DNA of 63,411 bases, counting the filler, from Hausera hauseri (taxonomy: Eukaryota): NCBI GenBank assembly GCA_046269625.1. It is 11 parts of 11 records of this genome, joined end to end, with 100 filler letters (N's around TTAATTAATTAA, not from the genome) between each part and the next. Parts side by side here need not be neighbours in the genome. Positions count along the whole stretch, not along the records: positions 21,565 to 26,969 come from JBJURY010261510.1; positions 27,070 to 33,432 come from JBJURY010107320.1; positions 33,533 to 37,557 come from JBJURY010810977.1; 8 more parts are not named here. The stretch is one strand, 5' to 3'. This document shows, in pieces, positions 21,465 through 34,622 of this stretch (position 1 is its first letter; each line of letters opens with the position of its first letter). Position numbers and translations under genes: made by a program. A model generated the notes under the pieces. The model ran no database searches. It was not told where the DNA came from and saw only the letters and a list, made by a program, of their open reading frames with translations.

Positions 21465-21966
21465 NNNNNNNNNNNNNNNNNNNNNNNNNNNNNNNNNNNN
21501 NNNNNNNNTTAATTAATTAANNNNNNNNNNNNNNNNNNNNNNNNNNNNNNNNNNNNNNNNNNNNACGAATGATTTTGTTGTTGATACAAAAAAGTTTTGT
21601 TTTAATAATAGTTTTTTTCTTATTTTGAAATTTGATGTCAGCCATGTTTTTGATCTTACGAGTCAATTGAAATCTCTAATAATATTTTGAAGTAAATTTG
21701 ATTTTCTCCATTTTGGATTTTGCCGTAATTCAAATTAATTTACTGTGCATACATTTTCTATTCCGCATTGTTTCGTTAATCGGAGTGAACAAATATTCAT
21801 GATTTTTGCAGCAGCTTTTGAACTTTTACTGTTATGGTTATGAAAATCGCAGCCTCAGTTATTACCCTTCATGCTTTTTCTGGAACAAACGAAAATGAAC
21901 CTTGTTGTTGTCTGTTGCAGATAGATAATTTTCATTGTTTACTTGGCTGTGGATGGAACTCAAATT

Positions 21967-24900
21967 TTAACAAATAATTTCTAAATTGAGTAGTAAAATG
22001 CGCCAAAAAAATCGATACTGTTCTTCTATCACCCTGTGATGTTCATCATTTAGGAGTTTTAGCTGATTCTGTCGGAAAAGGTAGCCTCGGATGACCACTT
22101 TAATCATTTGTATTAGGAAATATATTGCTAAAAATCCGGATGCAGCTTGCCCAAAAATTAAAAATCTTCCCAAATTTTCTAGAGTATTTCTGCGGTTACT
22201 CACTGATAATGATTTACGCCAAGTAATGATTCTAATTTTGATTGATATCGAGTATCACGTACTACGGAGGCTATGACTCGATTCAATTCGTGTGTCCATT
22301 GTCGCGGAAAAGCGAGAAATTGTCTAAAAGCTTCAATTTTCTTAGGCCTTTCGATGACGTGTCTTGAAATTTGTCGTCTGTAATTCCTTTTGCGAGATTT
22401 GTTCCTGTTAATTTATGTGGAGTGACAGTAATGCCTCCATTTGGCAAACTAACCCAATCTGTTTCACTACACCTAAACATGGGTTCTCCTAAGCTTGCTT
22501 TACAATCTTTAAGGATTCTTGGTTCAGTTGCGTTGTCTAATAATACTCTGGTGAGCGGCGTGGCTAATCTTGGAGTAATCTGGTAAATAACTAGAAGTTC
22601 CTTCATGCAACGTTTTTCCTCAACGTTGATTGGTACATTTCTTTTCTCACATTCGTAAGTTAATAGAACTTCACTGGTAACTCGATCAAAAATTCCTTCC
22701 CTCATAGGAATTATTGGGGATGCAAATTCGGGATTAGCGTAGATAAGAGCCTGTTTTGTCCTCATGATTTCCATATCCAATGTACAACCATTGGTTATCA
22801 TTTTATGATATAACTCGGTTATTCCAACTTGTCCTTTGTAATAGAAATAATCGTCTCTGTTTTTCAGGTAGTCCTCAATCCAAATATCCTGCGTTTCTAG
22901 CTTGCAAGTCTTCTCATTTATTTTTGTTTCTGGGACGAAGAACGCTTCATAGTTGGTAGCGAACATCAGTACTTCAGAACAAAGGGATCATTTCTTTCTT
23001 AATAAATTTTAGTCCATGCTGGTCGGAGATCAATATATTAGGTGTTGGGTGTTCTGCTACATCCTTGCGTGTCTTTGAGTCTAAATATCGTTTTCCGGTA
23101 GTTTCATTCAATTTTAATTTCTTAATTTTGATGAAATTACAGTTTTTCCAGAGGGAGGTTCCCATATTATGACCGAATTCTAAAAGCACAGATTCCGTCT
23201 TGTAAATGGTATTTTTGATTCTCGGTATATAGTTGATTCTCGACACTATGGAACATTGTTTTCTGTACTCGCATCTCCGATTCATAGAAATCTACGACCA
23301 CTACGTTTGCTTTTAATCCTTTTCCGGTGTCATATTCTGCTCCATTACAATGTCCGTTATGCATGTCTAACCTTCTAACCACTACTTGATATGCTCTAAT
23401 TATCTTTCCTGGTTGCATCTCTAGTTCCATACTATCCCATTTTAATCTCCTGGTTTCCTTGGCCTGCTTACAATGCTGGCGTTCAAAATTCATTGGGATT
23501 GGAGGAGTTGTTGGTTTGTTTATTGAAGAATGTCTATGCATTAATCTACAGTGGAAAATGTTACGAGATCGTTTCAACATACATTCCATTCCGTCCAACG
23601 ATATTAATTCTTTCTGTTGATAAAACAAGTAACTTTTTTCCCTTGTTTCCAGTTTATGTGGTCTGGCATCTTTGCATACTTCTAAATCCATTAGAGAATA
23701 TTTCTGTCCTAGTTTAAACTTATCTCAGTCGTAGACAGTAACAGCACCCATATGCTTTATTAACATCATCGAAGTAAGCAAGCTGATTAAGAAATTGGAT
23801 TTGTTTTTCCCGTTACTATTATCCGTCGTTGTCAAATTACGTAGCATATCTTCGAGTCTATTGCTATTTCCGGACCGTTTGTCTTCTTCCTTATCGAATA
23901 GTCTCGACCAATTTACATCGCATGGTAGCTTTCTCGCCGCTCTTCGCGCTAAGCTCGTAGCTGTATTAATTTCATTCTCTCGATTACGGTTTATTTTGAT
24001 AGCTAAGTACAGTAATACTTTTCTTAATTCTTCAGTGGTGTTTTCCATCATGATTTATTCGATTACTGATTCATCGGTTAAGTTACTTTTCGATAATATA
24101 AAACGTGAACTTCTCATTATCCTAGCTCCATTGAATATCGCCCTCTCTTTATTGTCTAATGTGTCGCCTCGAAGGCTTGAATAATTTACAATACGTACTA
24201 AATTCTTCATTAATTCGTTTAATTCTTCACTGCCCGTGCTGAGGGTAGGAATCGACATCTGTCTAAATTCTCTAATCAATTCGCCATTATAGTCAGCTTC
24301 TTCTCGTGTCTTTTTAGGTCTACCGACTGGGCGCCTCTGTCGTGGAACATTGGTTATCGTTTCACTTAGTGGCATTGAATTCTTGTTGTATTGTTCCTTG
24401 TCCTCATCCGTTTGTAAATACTCAAAATACATTGCAGCGTCTCGGACTACCATAATTTGTCCTACGCATTGCTTTGTCTTGGCATTACGCATGGCTTCTT
24501 CTTTTGTCTGTTTATTAGCTATTATTGCTACTATTCGATTTGTTTCGTCAGGGATAATCCCGACATCTATTAGTTGTTCTAGTTCGTCGAGTATTCTACC
24601 TCTAAAGTAAAATCTATAATTTAACTCGTTTGTTCCACCGTTATTTAATAACCATTCTCTTACATCCCTCACATAGGAATATGTAGTTAATTCACATTTT
24701 TTTTCGTCCATCCACTCGGGCGATATCATTACTTTTATCGTTACCTCAAGTTTAGCCCTCAAGATTTTAGCGTATTTCCTTATCAAAAGTTCCGGCACCA
24801 TGTTATAAATTGTGTTCTCACTAGATAATTTAGTCAATGTCGGAATAAGTTGTCTTAACTTATTTTCAGTGATGTTTACGTTAATTAGTTCGATTAAATC

Positions 24901-26969
24901 CCCTTTAGTTAGCGCTGAATCCAGGAGCATCCCCACATTCAATTTCCTGTTCTGCGGACATGTTTTTATCTCATTTAGTTGTACTGGAGTCACGGGTTTT
25001 TCGGCAATCATTGCGTCTAAGTATGCATCCCATTCTGGTTCGTTTCCAACATCTGGAAGTCTATAGTCCACTAAGGCTGTATTTGTCCTTTGCACATTTT
25101 TCTCAAATTTTTTTCAATCTGGGTTGTATTTCCTTCATCTGCATAGTTCGGAAGCCTATTTCGTTTACACAGGCATTTTGAATCATTTTTAGTAATTCGC
25201 CTAATTCATTAGAATTGACGAGTTCTTTTTGGTTATAATCTGCTAGTTCAATAATTACATCTCTTTGCCATCTTTGTACAAATTCTCGCTTACTTTTGAT
25301 TTTTGATTCTGTAAAGGCATATTTATTCCGCTAGCGTTCGAACTCTTTTGCTAGTTCGTCTAGTCTTGATGCTCTTTGTTTTGTTCTGATGCACGTTTCT
25401 TCTACTTTTTGTAATTTAGGCACCAATTGCCTCATCTTCTCATCATTAATCTCCGCCATTTTTACCAATAAGCAGGCTAACCCATACATTTCGTTTATGA
25501 CTTTTGAGTCGGGATCCATTGCATCCAACAATTTCTTTACGATCTTAGATTCCTAAAACTAAGATGTTGGGCACCTCTTATCTTTGTCAACTTTGTATGG
25601 AAATTCTGCTCTGATGTGGCCATCCATTCTTTTGGTTTCTGCAAAAATTTTATTGAGTCCGTTAAAGCGACTCGATGTTGCGGACAAATGTCTAGGGTTT
25701 CAATGTCTTGGGCAGAGATCTAATCGATAGGTTTATCTGTTAAATGTTGAACTCCTTCTAGCCGGACGTTTCTTAATTTTGAATAGAAATTGCAAGTCAT
25801 ATTTTGCTTTTCTGTAAAATTCGTCTCTTCGACCATTTTATAGATTTCTTTCAGTATTGTTGCTTCTTGTTTCTTCATAAAATTTAGCCGTCATAATGTT
25901 TCAAATTGAATTCAGATATCTATTTCTGCCTTTATCGTGTCTAAATTACGTGTGCTTTCTTCTAATTGTTTCTTGATAGAGGGCTCGCTCTCTGGGAATT
26001 CCTTCTTACGGTTTTCCACTAATTTGCTTAATTGCATTACTAATTCGGACCATTCCGAAAACTGATTGGCGATTTTTGGTTTTGACATTATAGCCTTATT
26101 TAGCATCTTATAAGCATCTTTTAACTCATCATCTGGCCCTTTTACGAAATTCATAATCCGACTGACATAACTAAACTCGTCCTTATATTCGGCCAATTCT
26201 ACGATACAAGCCTTTACTACGTACTAAGTCTCCTCGTGGTTTGGGGACACGATTTGGTTTCTCAAGCTGTAAATCTGCGCTCGCTTTTCATTTGCTATTT
26301 TGATTCAATTTTCTAAAGTCGTATATCGTTAGGGTTCAGCGAAGGCAATTTTATCATTTCCATTAAGGGAGGAATATCTACTGGGTCTACACCCAATATT
26401 TCTAAGTCGGTATTACTTCGATTGCTAACTGGTCTTTCTCTAAGCAGGTTAATTATTGCATAGCGAATTTCATCCATCATACGTTCTAAATTACGGACTA
26501 TTCTCTTAAGTTTTGGGTTTGTCTCTAAGGTAGATAATAACGTCTGAGCCTTAGTGATTTTCACATCATTACTGTCTTCATTTTTGCTCCATCCTTCCGA
26601 AAATTCGACTCCACTTTTAATCCATGATTCTAATTCATGTTTCCATCTTGACAGTGTTTCAGGTAATACCTCTTCGGGTTGTCCTAGGTCGATTGCTTCA
26701 TCGTGTTTTCCTTCAGTGCATAATTTTAGACTTTTATATAACCTCTCAGCATACTGTTGCACTTTTCCGGATATATGTACTTGTTCACTAATCTGCTTAA
26801 GCCTTTCTAAATTTCGCTGTAGTATTTCTGGATCGTGACATCTAATTCTCATTTCCTTTAACTCATCGGCATTTTTCCACGAACGTCGAACTTTCCATTT
26901 TTTGGATCGAAATCATCAATATTTTCCGTTTCTCCCTCACTAATGGGAAGCGGGCAGATCTCGTTAATT
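21967..26969 (-). pseudogene. Decayed relative of the giant element: helical cargo - Ubl - AT-hook-like - Bcl-2-like - signal peptide - class III Env
   Basis: In-frame ORFs 24055-25095, 23725-24051 and 23167-23691 are separated only by point stops (AVTVYD* = IIAYDC; YSLMDLEVC = YSLLDLEKC); 22283-22966 SEVLLTYECEK...CMKELLVIY...ATPLTRVL; TM at 21967-22203. Confidence 0.85.
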
Positions 26970-27069
26970 NNNNNNNNNNNNNNNNNNNNNNNNNNNNNNN
27001 NNNNNNNNNNNNNTTAATTAATTAANNNNNNNNNNNNNNNNNNNNNNNNNNNNNNNNNNNNNNNNNNNN

Positions 27070-27250
27070 ATGATAATGGCAATCTTCTGATAATTTCTTT
27101 TTCATCACGACCTATTGCTGCACTTTGAGATTTGTAACTTTTGAAAAAAGAGAACAATTTTTCTAGATTTCCGTTAAATTTTTCTACATTTATATCTAAG
27201 TGTTAAATAGTATATGCTCGTTTTTCAGTTGTCTGTCTTTCTGTTGACAT
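27070..27250 (-). pseudogene. Gag N-terminus downstream of LTR+PBS
   Basis: MSTERQTTEKRAYTI*HLDINVEKFNGNLEKLFSFFKSYKSQSAAIGRDEKEIIRRLPL aligns with MDKFEDTPDQDYSEFLMQY...WTDELNIKIIPLYL of the intact element. Confidence 0.6.
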
Positions 27251-27420
27251 TTTGCCTATTTCTAAATGAATTATTTTATCAAGGATACTATCTTCTAGTT
27301 CGAGTAATAATTCAATAAATTTCTTTTTAAATTTTCGAGTCCAAATTTTGATTCAATGAATGTTCAATAATAAGTTGATAACAGATTCAATAAACACTAA
27401 ACACTCCTCCTGCCTTAATT

Positions 27421-27433
27421 CGTTCAAGCGCCA
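27421..27433 (-). promoter_or_regulatory. PBS-like sequence (tRNA-Lys-like TGGCGCTTGAACG)
   Basis: TGG start two bases after the putative LTR end; resembles the tRNA-Lys PBS TGGCGCCCGAAC. Confidence 0.5.
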
Positions 27434-27435
27434 AA

Positions 27436-28006
27436 TCTTATTTCAAGATTGATTGAGGGTAGATCACAATTCAATTTCCAAAAATTGAACAAATAAGATA
27501 AAGTAAAACACTTATTTGAATAGAAATGAACCAAATTTACAAGCTAGTGTGGCTTAGCTATTTAATATAATTCACTAGAGAAATTAATAGGAATTCTGCT
27601 ACTAATCGTTTTATAAAAGATCTCTAATTCCGCTTTTAACTCCGGAGTACCGGGATAAAACTTGTCTTCTCTCAATTTAATCACCAATTTTTATACCAAA
27701 TTTTTAATTAACCTTGTAAATTCTGACCAATTGAATTCAAAAGTCTTTTAGTAATAATTTTTATTCCATTAAAACAAAGTTCAATTTATCATTCTCAGTA
27801 TTATTCTGTACTTATAATGAAGTACAATTATTTTTAACTTAATTCTAAAATTATCATATAGATTTTGATCAAGTATTTGTAATATTCATATTAATAGATT
27901 TTGCCATGTCATTTATTATTTTAAACAATGTCTCAAAATATCTATTTGTAATGTATGGATTTCTTAAAAATGTAAGTTATCTCTATTTTATTATTTTTTT
28001 CTAACA
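27436..28006 (-). repeat. LTR (~570 bp; TGTTAG...ATAAGA) preceded by a PPT at 28007-28019
   Basis: Minus strand reads AAGGAGAGGGGAA|TGTTAG; bounded on the other side by a PBS-like motif and a gag start. Confidence 0.62.
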
Positions 28007-28199
28007 TTCCCCTCTCCTTAAAGGGATCTATATCTCGATTATTATTAGCAGCAAAATTCCTCGTCAATAAATCAATAAAATAATTTTTTATTTGTACATA
28101 ACCCTTTCTAATACATGCAATATAACAAAATAACACAATAACGAAAGAAAAATTAAGAACAAAGAGAAAAGCGAGTAATCAAAATGTCAGTCTTAAAGT

Positions 28200-31100
28200 T
28201 CAAATAGTAAAAATGTTAATTTCTTCTTCTTTGTCTGTCTTCGATCTTCCTTCTTCCAATTCAGTTTCCGATTTAACAGTTTTATTCGGGTTTTTCTTCC
28301 TCATAAGGTCCAAAATTTCTCCAGTATCGCCAAAATGGAAAATGTATTCATCGTCATTGAATAAATGGTAAATAGAATCGTCTGGTTTGCTGGTAATCAT
28401 GGTTTTTATAGGTATCCATGTAGTCAATCCTTTTCTCACCACTAGTAATCCCGACAGATCATGTGCACTGTTCTTGGGTACAATTTTAGTTATTATCTGC
28501 GAAGGAATAACCAATTGACACTTAATTTCTGTAATGGTAGCGGACCTTTCTGGGTTCATTTCCATTGTAAGATCAAAGATATCCGAATACTTTCTATATG
28601 GAATAAGTATTTTCTTTTCACCCAATATCTTTGTATATTGAGCAGCTATCAATTTATTTCCAGTACTCTCCCATTTCATTATCTGTTTTTGACTGATTCC
28701 ATTCTGAACTGACACATTTTTCTCTTTTAGAATTTCATCCAGAACTATTGGAATAATTAATCCATTCCCAGTAAAAATTAACAATATTCCATTGACTCGT
28801 ACTTTGTTTGTTACGTTTTCAGTAAGAGCATACAACAATCTTCTCATTAATTCATTGCTTTTCATCGGCTCTGTCTGTGTTTGCATTTCTCTTGAGTTTA
28901 TCTGGCTCCATTTTTGTTTTCGCGGTTTGATTTCTTCTACTTCATCGAACATGATCTCTAGAATCTCACAATCGATAGTTTCAAATTCCTCTTCCTCCAA
29001 TTTTTCTTGTATTTCTATTTTCTTAGTTTCTTTACCTTTAGTTAAAGTAGCATTAGTACCATACTTCAAATTAAACCCAATTGTATATTGTTTTTCACGA
29101 TTCAAAACATCTTCAAAGTCATTTATATTGTCATTTAAGTCCGGTGGAATCCAATCACATGTTCCAATTAGTTTTTAGTGTGCGGTAATAGTCAACTGTA
29201 ATCTTCCTCTGGTTGTACTAGGAAATCGATTCAAACTCAATACATCGATTAATTGTTTAAACGTTTTGACTTTATTGTCCATAGTATTTTCTACATTTTT
29301 AATGGGTCAAAAATTGCACAAGTCTTATTTGTTGAAATACATAGTGCTTTAAAAGTTTTATGGGCTTCCAGAGCCACTATTTTGTAACCCAAAATATACT
29401 TTTCAATTTCTGATTGTGCCAATCTAGAATCCGTACCATTTTCAATTTTGTCCCAGCTTACTCCATGCCTGGAGTTATTCAAGTTGTGTATAGCTCTTCT
29501 GGGAGCTATTATTTGGTCAAATAATATTTCTCCTTTCTTTTCTGCAATCACTATTTCAATTGGGAGCGGGATAGATGTTCCGTCGAATTTGTGTCCATAA
29601 GCAAATGATACTGACAGATATCTTGTGCTCCCTGATTTATTGGTATATAAAATATTTGGTTCCATTGACATCTCTTTTCCATTTATGGTTAACGGCGTTA
29701 TTAATGAAAGTTTTTGTTCACTTCTAATAATTTCAATCATTCCTATGTTGAGGATTTCTTTGACAATGAAGCGAGTTTTTGTCTGATCTATTGAAAAGTT
29801 TACTTCACATAATTCTTGACAAGATATTGTTTCCATAGAATATCTCTGTCCTTTTCTTTTTCTGAAAATGGCCATTATTCGTCCTATTGCTCATGTATTA
29901 TTATACCAAGATTATTATCGGCCCATTGAGGCAACCTAAAAGTGGTACCTGCATTAAATACCTTGAAGGGAAAATTTTCTCGGTTCCTCATCTCGCCATA
30001 TTTAAGGGTGTTAGGTATTTTAGAAACACTAGTTACTCTTTCGGAGTTATTGTCCAAATGTTCTATAATTCTATCATAAAAGGAATATGTCATATTTTTG
30101 TCCGCTGTACTGAATCTTCTTATCTGTTCTTGATCATATTGTCTATTGATTGGAATATTTTCAGGTATCTTGAAAATTTCTTTCCCTCCGATTTTTGGGG
30201 TATCCTGTTTCATTTGACTGGTACTTGGCATATAACTTTGTTTTTCGCTCGATTCCGACATACCAAAAATTTCGTCTTTTCTTGAACGTTTTCTGAATTT
30301 ATATCTCGCCAGGTTTGTTATGATTGGTTGACCAATCAGTTTTCTTTTCCAGCTATAAGTCATAATTAGGTGAAGTACTAAATCCAATCTAAATATCGCA
30401 ATATATGTACTCAAATTCTTTATCACTTCTTTAAAGCAGTACAGAGTTTCAGTATGAATCTGAGTCAAAACTAATATAGGTATAACACCAAATGTAGTGG
30501 TATGGTCTTCAACTTTGTTTTCTTATCACTTATATTCTCGTTTTGAGTTATTATTTCTCCTGTCTTATTACTTCCTTTCTCTTCATTTATTGGTAAGCAA
30601 TGTTGGTTTCCCCCAATTGTGGAATAATATAATTCACAATGTTTTTTCTTGCGACAATGTTGGGTTTTTGGCCAAGCTATAACCATCATAATAATTATGC
30701 CTATACTTATTATCACGAATATCCACCAGTATTTTGTAAAATACGTTTCAATAATTTCCGGTGTAATTGTAGTTAATTTCCATTTTTCGTCATCATTGTT
30801 GTACCTTATGTGACGATACTGATCTATTGCTGGTTGTGTTTTTATTGCTACTATCTTTGAATTATCTGAAGTTTCTATTCTCACCAAGTAATTGGTGTCA
30901 GGCGTTAATTTTTCGCAGAAATTTCTTTTATTTATTTCGTACTTGATAGTAACTTTTTCATGGGAACCTGTACATGTTACTGTGATGTGCCTTTCGTTTA
31001 TTATGTTTTGCAGTATTACTTCAATGCGATCCATATAAGGCGTTAATTTGAATTTGATGGGGAAGTCTTTGATCCATTTTCCATAAAATATATGTTTATG

Positions 31101-33432
31101 TAATTTCTGTTTCGACGTAGATGGTCGTTGGTTTTGTATTGACTCCCGATCTGCCCTACCCTTATAGGTGGGTGTAGTCCATAATGTCGACGTTATCATC
31201 TTGACCATTGAAGGCGGTGCGGTAATACGAGGCTTAGCAAAAACCGGAATAGGTATGTTTGGTTTAACTGCGAAAAGAATAGGAATACAATGAGAATGCA
31301 CTATAACAGAATGGCTATTTTCCATTGTTAGATATGCATCTAAACGGATTCTGTACCAAACGTATGTATAAAGTGTGCAGCATGAACGAGTATCATTCCG
31401 CTTGAGATAACAATAATGTGGTTGTTTTACCGATGTAGAAATGGGGTCAAGCCATATGCTGATTTCGAATTTAATGGGTAATAGCTGCGTAGTGCGAAAA
31501 TTCATAAAAGGTGGTTGTCTTGTAATGTTGATACTAGAAAATTCAGTATCATGTTCTAAGAAGTGAGCGATAAAAGGATTACGCTAAAAACATGGCAGGT
31601 TTCCAAGAAATGCATCTCCTGATAAGTAAGAACGCAAAGAATCATGTTTGGCTCCCAAGAAATAGTATCGGTATTATTCACTTTCAGTATTACATAGTAT
31701 GTATACGTCGTATCGTAATTGATGGAGCAGCAGATTTTGTTAAATGTTTCAAAAATTGAGCAAATTGAAGAGATATTATACTGTGATATAAGGAAGAAAT
31801 CAACTTTATGGTGTATTATTACCGGCGAGTGAGTGCGAATGCAAATACTGGGTTTGTTTGTGTCAATTTTGATAATAGTAGCGCGTGTAATCAAATCAAT
31901 AAATGGTGTAGCTATTGCGTTGGTTGTTGTTATAAGTATTACGAATGCGAGAAAAATGAGAAGTATGATAGCCAAGTATCGGCTCTGAACATAATGAACA
32001 GAATAAGTTTCTAATGTATGCATCTCGGAAGTCTGATACACTGCTACTTTAGGCTCTTTTGTTGTGGATGATTCTAGGTCTGTTTCGCGTATGAAGTCGT
32101 TATATGACGTAGGTGCTCGAGTTACTCGTTGGACAGACACAGCCTCATATTTATCAGGTCCTTTTTCAATAAAAAGCGTTTGTGGACGCACGTCAACAAC
32201 TTTGTACGGTCCTTGACGGGTACGGGTTAATTTTAACGATTTGCCTTTCTTTACAGCGGTGTAGTGAACCATTATGTAATGACCAATTTTATAAGTATGC
32301 GGTCGAGCTTTCTTGTTAAATTGCTTTTATATCCCGCTCTATATTTTTCTTCAAACTGTTTCGCTTCGCGTTGAAAGTATTCAAGTCGTTTTAGTAAGAT
32401 CTGGTACTGATCATCCATGTAATCACTAGTTAACAAGGATGACGGCAGCAACTCCGTATCCAATGGTAATAACGGCAATCGACCAAACATTAACTCAAAA
32501 AGTGAATGATTGGTACTTTTGGTAGGCGTAGTATTAATTGCAAAGGCTGTGATTTTCAGATGGTTATGCCAATCCTTTTGATCATTTGCTACCTTTGTAG
32601 AAAGAATACCTTGAATAGTACAATTCATTCTCTCAAACATACTATTGCACTGTGGATGGTATGATGTGGTTAACAAATGTTTGCATTGAAGTATTTTTGA
32701 CAATTTTTCAAAGTATTCGCTAATGAAATATGGTGCACGGTCAGTTAACAACTGTTTCGCGGTGCCAAATACAGCAATAATTTCGTAGAAAAAGGCTTCA
32801 GCAAGTGTGCTACTCGTCATATTCTTTAATGGCACTAGTATAACATAGCGAGAATAGTAGTCAACCAAAGACAGAATGTATTTGTATCCTGAGTATGAAG
32901 CTGGGAAGGGTCCGGAGATATCCATTAAACACACTTCCATTGGTCTCCGTGCTTCTGGTAAGCTTCCTAAAAATGGTTTTACACGAGATCCTCTATCTTT
33001 TTTAGTTGCACATATTTTACACGAACGTACCCATCCTTCAATATGCTTATTCATTTGAGGCCAATAGTATTTTGCAGTTATTCGCTTTAAAGTCTTATTC
33101 AAGGACGGATGTCCAGCTAAATGCGAATCGTGTTCTTGTAGCATGACAGCCTTGATGGCCGGTGTGGGTACAAGGATCAGTTTTTTTTCTCCGACTTTCA
33201 GTCGTAAAATGCCATTTCCAATTTCAAGGTTCTCTCGGTTCTTTTCATAAAATTTTTGGATATGACTTGATACTGGATTATGTAATTGACCGTTGATTAA
33301 TTGTTTAACTTGAACAATAAAGGAATCCTGATTTTGTAAAGTCTCTAGGTTTCTCACCTGAGCTCGACGTTGCTCTTGTAACATATCGTTAATGATTTTC
33401 TCATTCAATTGTTTGTCATTTTCATTATCTAA
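28200..33432 (-). pseudogene. Decayed relative of the giant element: integrase(GPY) - SP - 3 FN3-like - TM - unknown domain - DEDDh-like exonuclease - C-terminal extension
   Basis: Integrase 32272-33408 (HDSHLAGH, CKIC, DISGP, LLTDRA, FERMN); RQGPYKV; SP YLAIILLIFLAFVILITTTNA; LTPDTNYLVRI; TM YWWIFVIISIGIIIMMVIAW; IEIVIAEKKGEILFDQIIAPRRAIHNLNNSRHGV...YILGYKIVAL. Confidence 0.85.
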
Positions 33433-34030
33433 NNNNNNNNNNNNNNNNNNNNNNNNNNNNNNNNNNNNNNNNNNNNTTAATTAATTAANNNNNNNNNNNN
33501 NNNNNNNNNNNNNNNNNNNNNNNNNNNNNNNNTATGTGTCAAAAATTATCGTTATTTCCATGTTTGTATACTTTTCAGAGTTCTGTTAAGGTACAGAGCT
33601 AATGAACTAAAGTCATATCTTATTCATTTATTATTGAATAGTATAAGAAAAAAATGGTTTTCTGATTCGAATAAGGGAGTTGTAGATAAGAGCTGTTTTA
33701 TTATGATTCAATGCATGAGAGCTTTAAATCATCACGGTCTGTTGCAAATGAAAACTTTGAATGATTAAAATAAATAAATGTAAAGCATGCCGCTTGTTAT
33801 TAAACATAGTCAACATTCTTACTTTCAATAATTGCATGACGGACACTTTTGGATCACATCTGGCAAAGAAAGTATTCGGAATAACACAATGAAATAGCAT
33901 ATTTGTATGTAGAATAAGTGCGAACAATTCTTAAATGAACAATAGCAAATTTCAATCAAATAAATTCCAATTGTTTAAATCAACCAATAAAGTATATGTA
34001 ATTTTTAAAATTTTTTGTCGATTTGCAAAA

Positions 34031-34622
34031 ATGGGATGCTACTACAGCAGCGAAATGAAAGAATCACAGAAGAGATCGTACGAAATAGATCAAATGTTAA
34101 AAACTCATTCAAAAGAAGAAAGTTGTATCATTAAAATTTTGCTTCTTGGTTAATTATTTTCTTTTTGGTAAAGATTATTGTTAATTATTCGTAGGTGCTG
34201 GGGAATCAGGGAAAAGTACAATTGTCAAACAGATGAAGTTTATATATGTATTTTTATGAGACTATTATAGAAATTTACCAGAATCATCCATCTGAACGGG
34301 TATACATCAAAGGAATGTTTGGAGTATACGTCAATTGTGTACAGCAATACCGTTCAGAGTTTGACTGCAATTATTCGCGCAATGGGACAGTTGAAAATAG
34401 AATTTGAGGATCCCGATCGAATTGTAAGAATTCTTGAAAGAAATTGCTAGTAATCAATTCATAGGAGGACGCAAGGAAAACATTCTCATTAGGCAATTCC
34501 ATTGAGGATGGGACGGCAAATGAGGAATTATTCAAAGCAATGGGACGTCTGTGGAAAGACAAAGGGGTACTGGCATGTTACAAAAGGTCGAGTGAGTATC
34601 AACTGAACGATTCAGCTGCATA
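34031..34622 (+). CDS. Heterotrimeric G-protein alpha subunit (Gi/o class), first four exons: 34031-34148, 34195-34237, 34282-34423, 34465-34622
   Basis: Spliced translation MGCYYS...[27 protein letters not shown]...[17 protein letters not shown]...[24 protein letters not shown]; GT-AG introns of 46, 44 and 41 bp; downstream exons not found in the contig. Confidence 0.92.
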
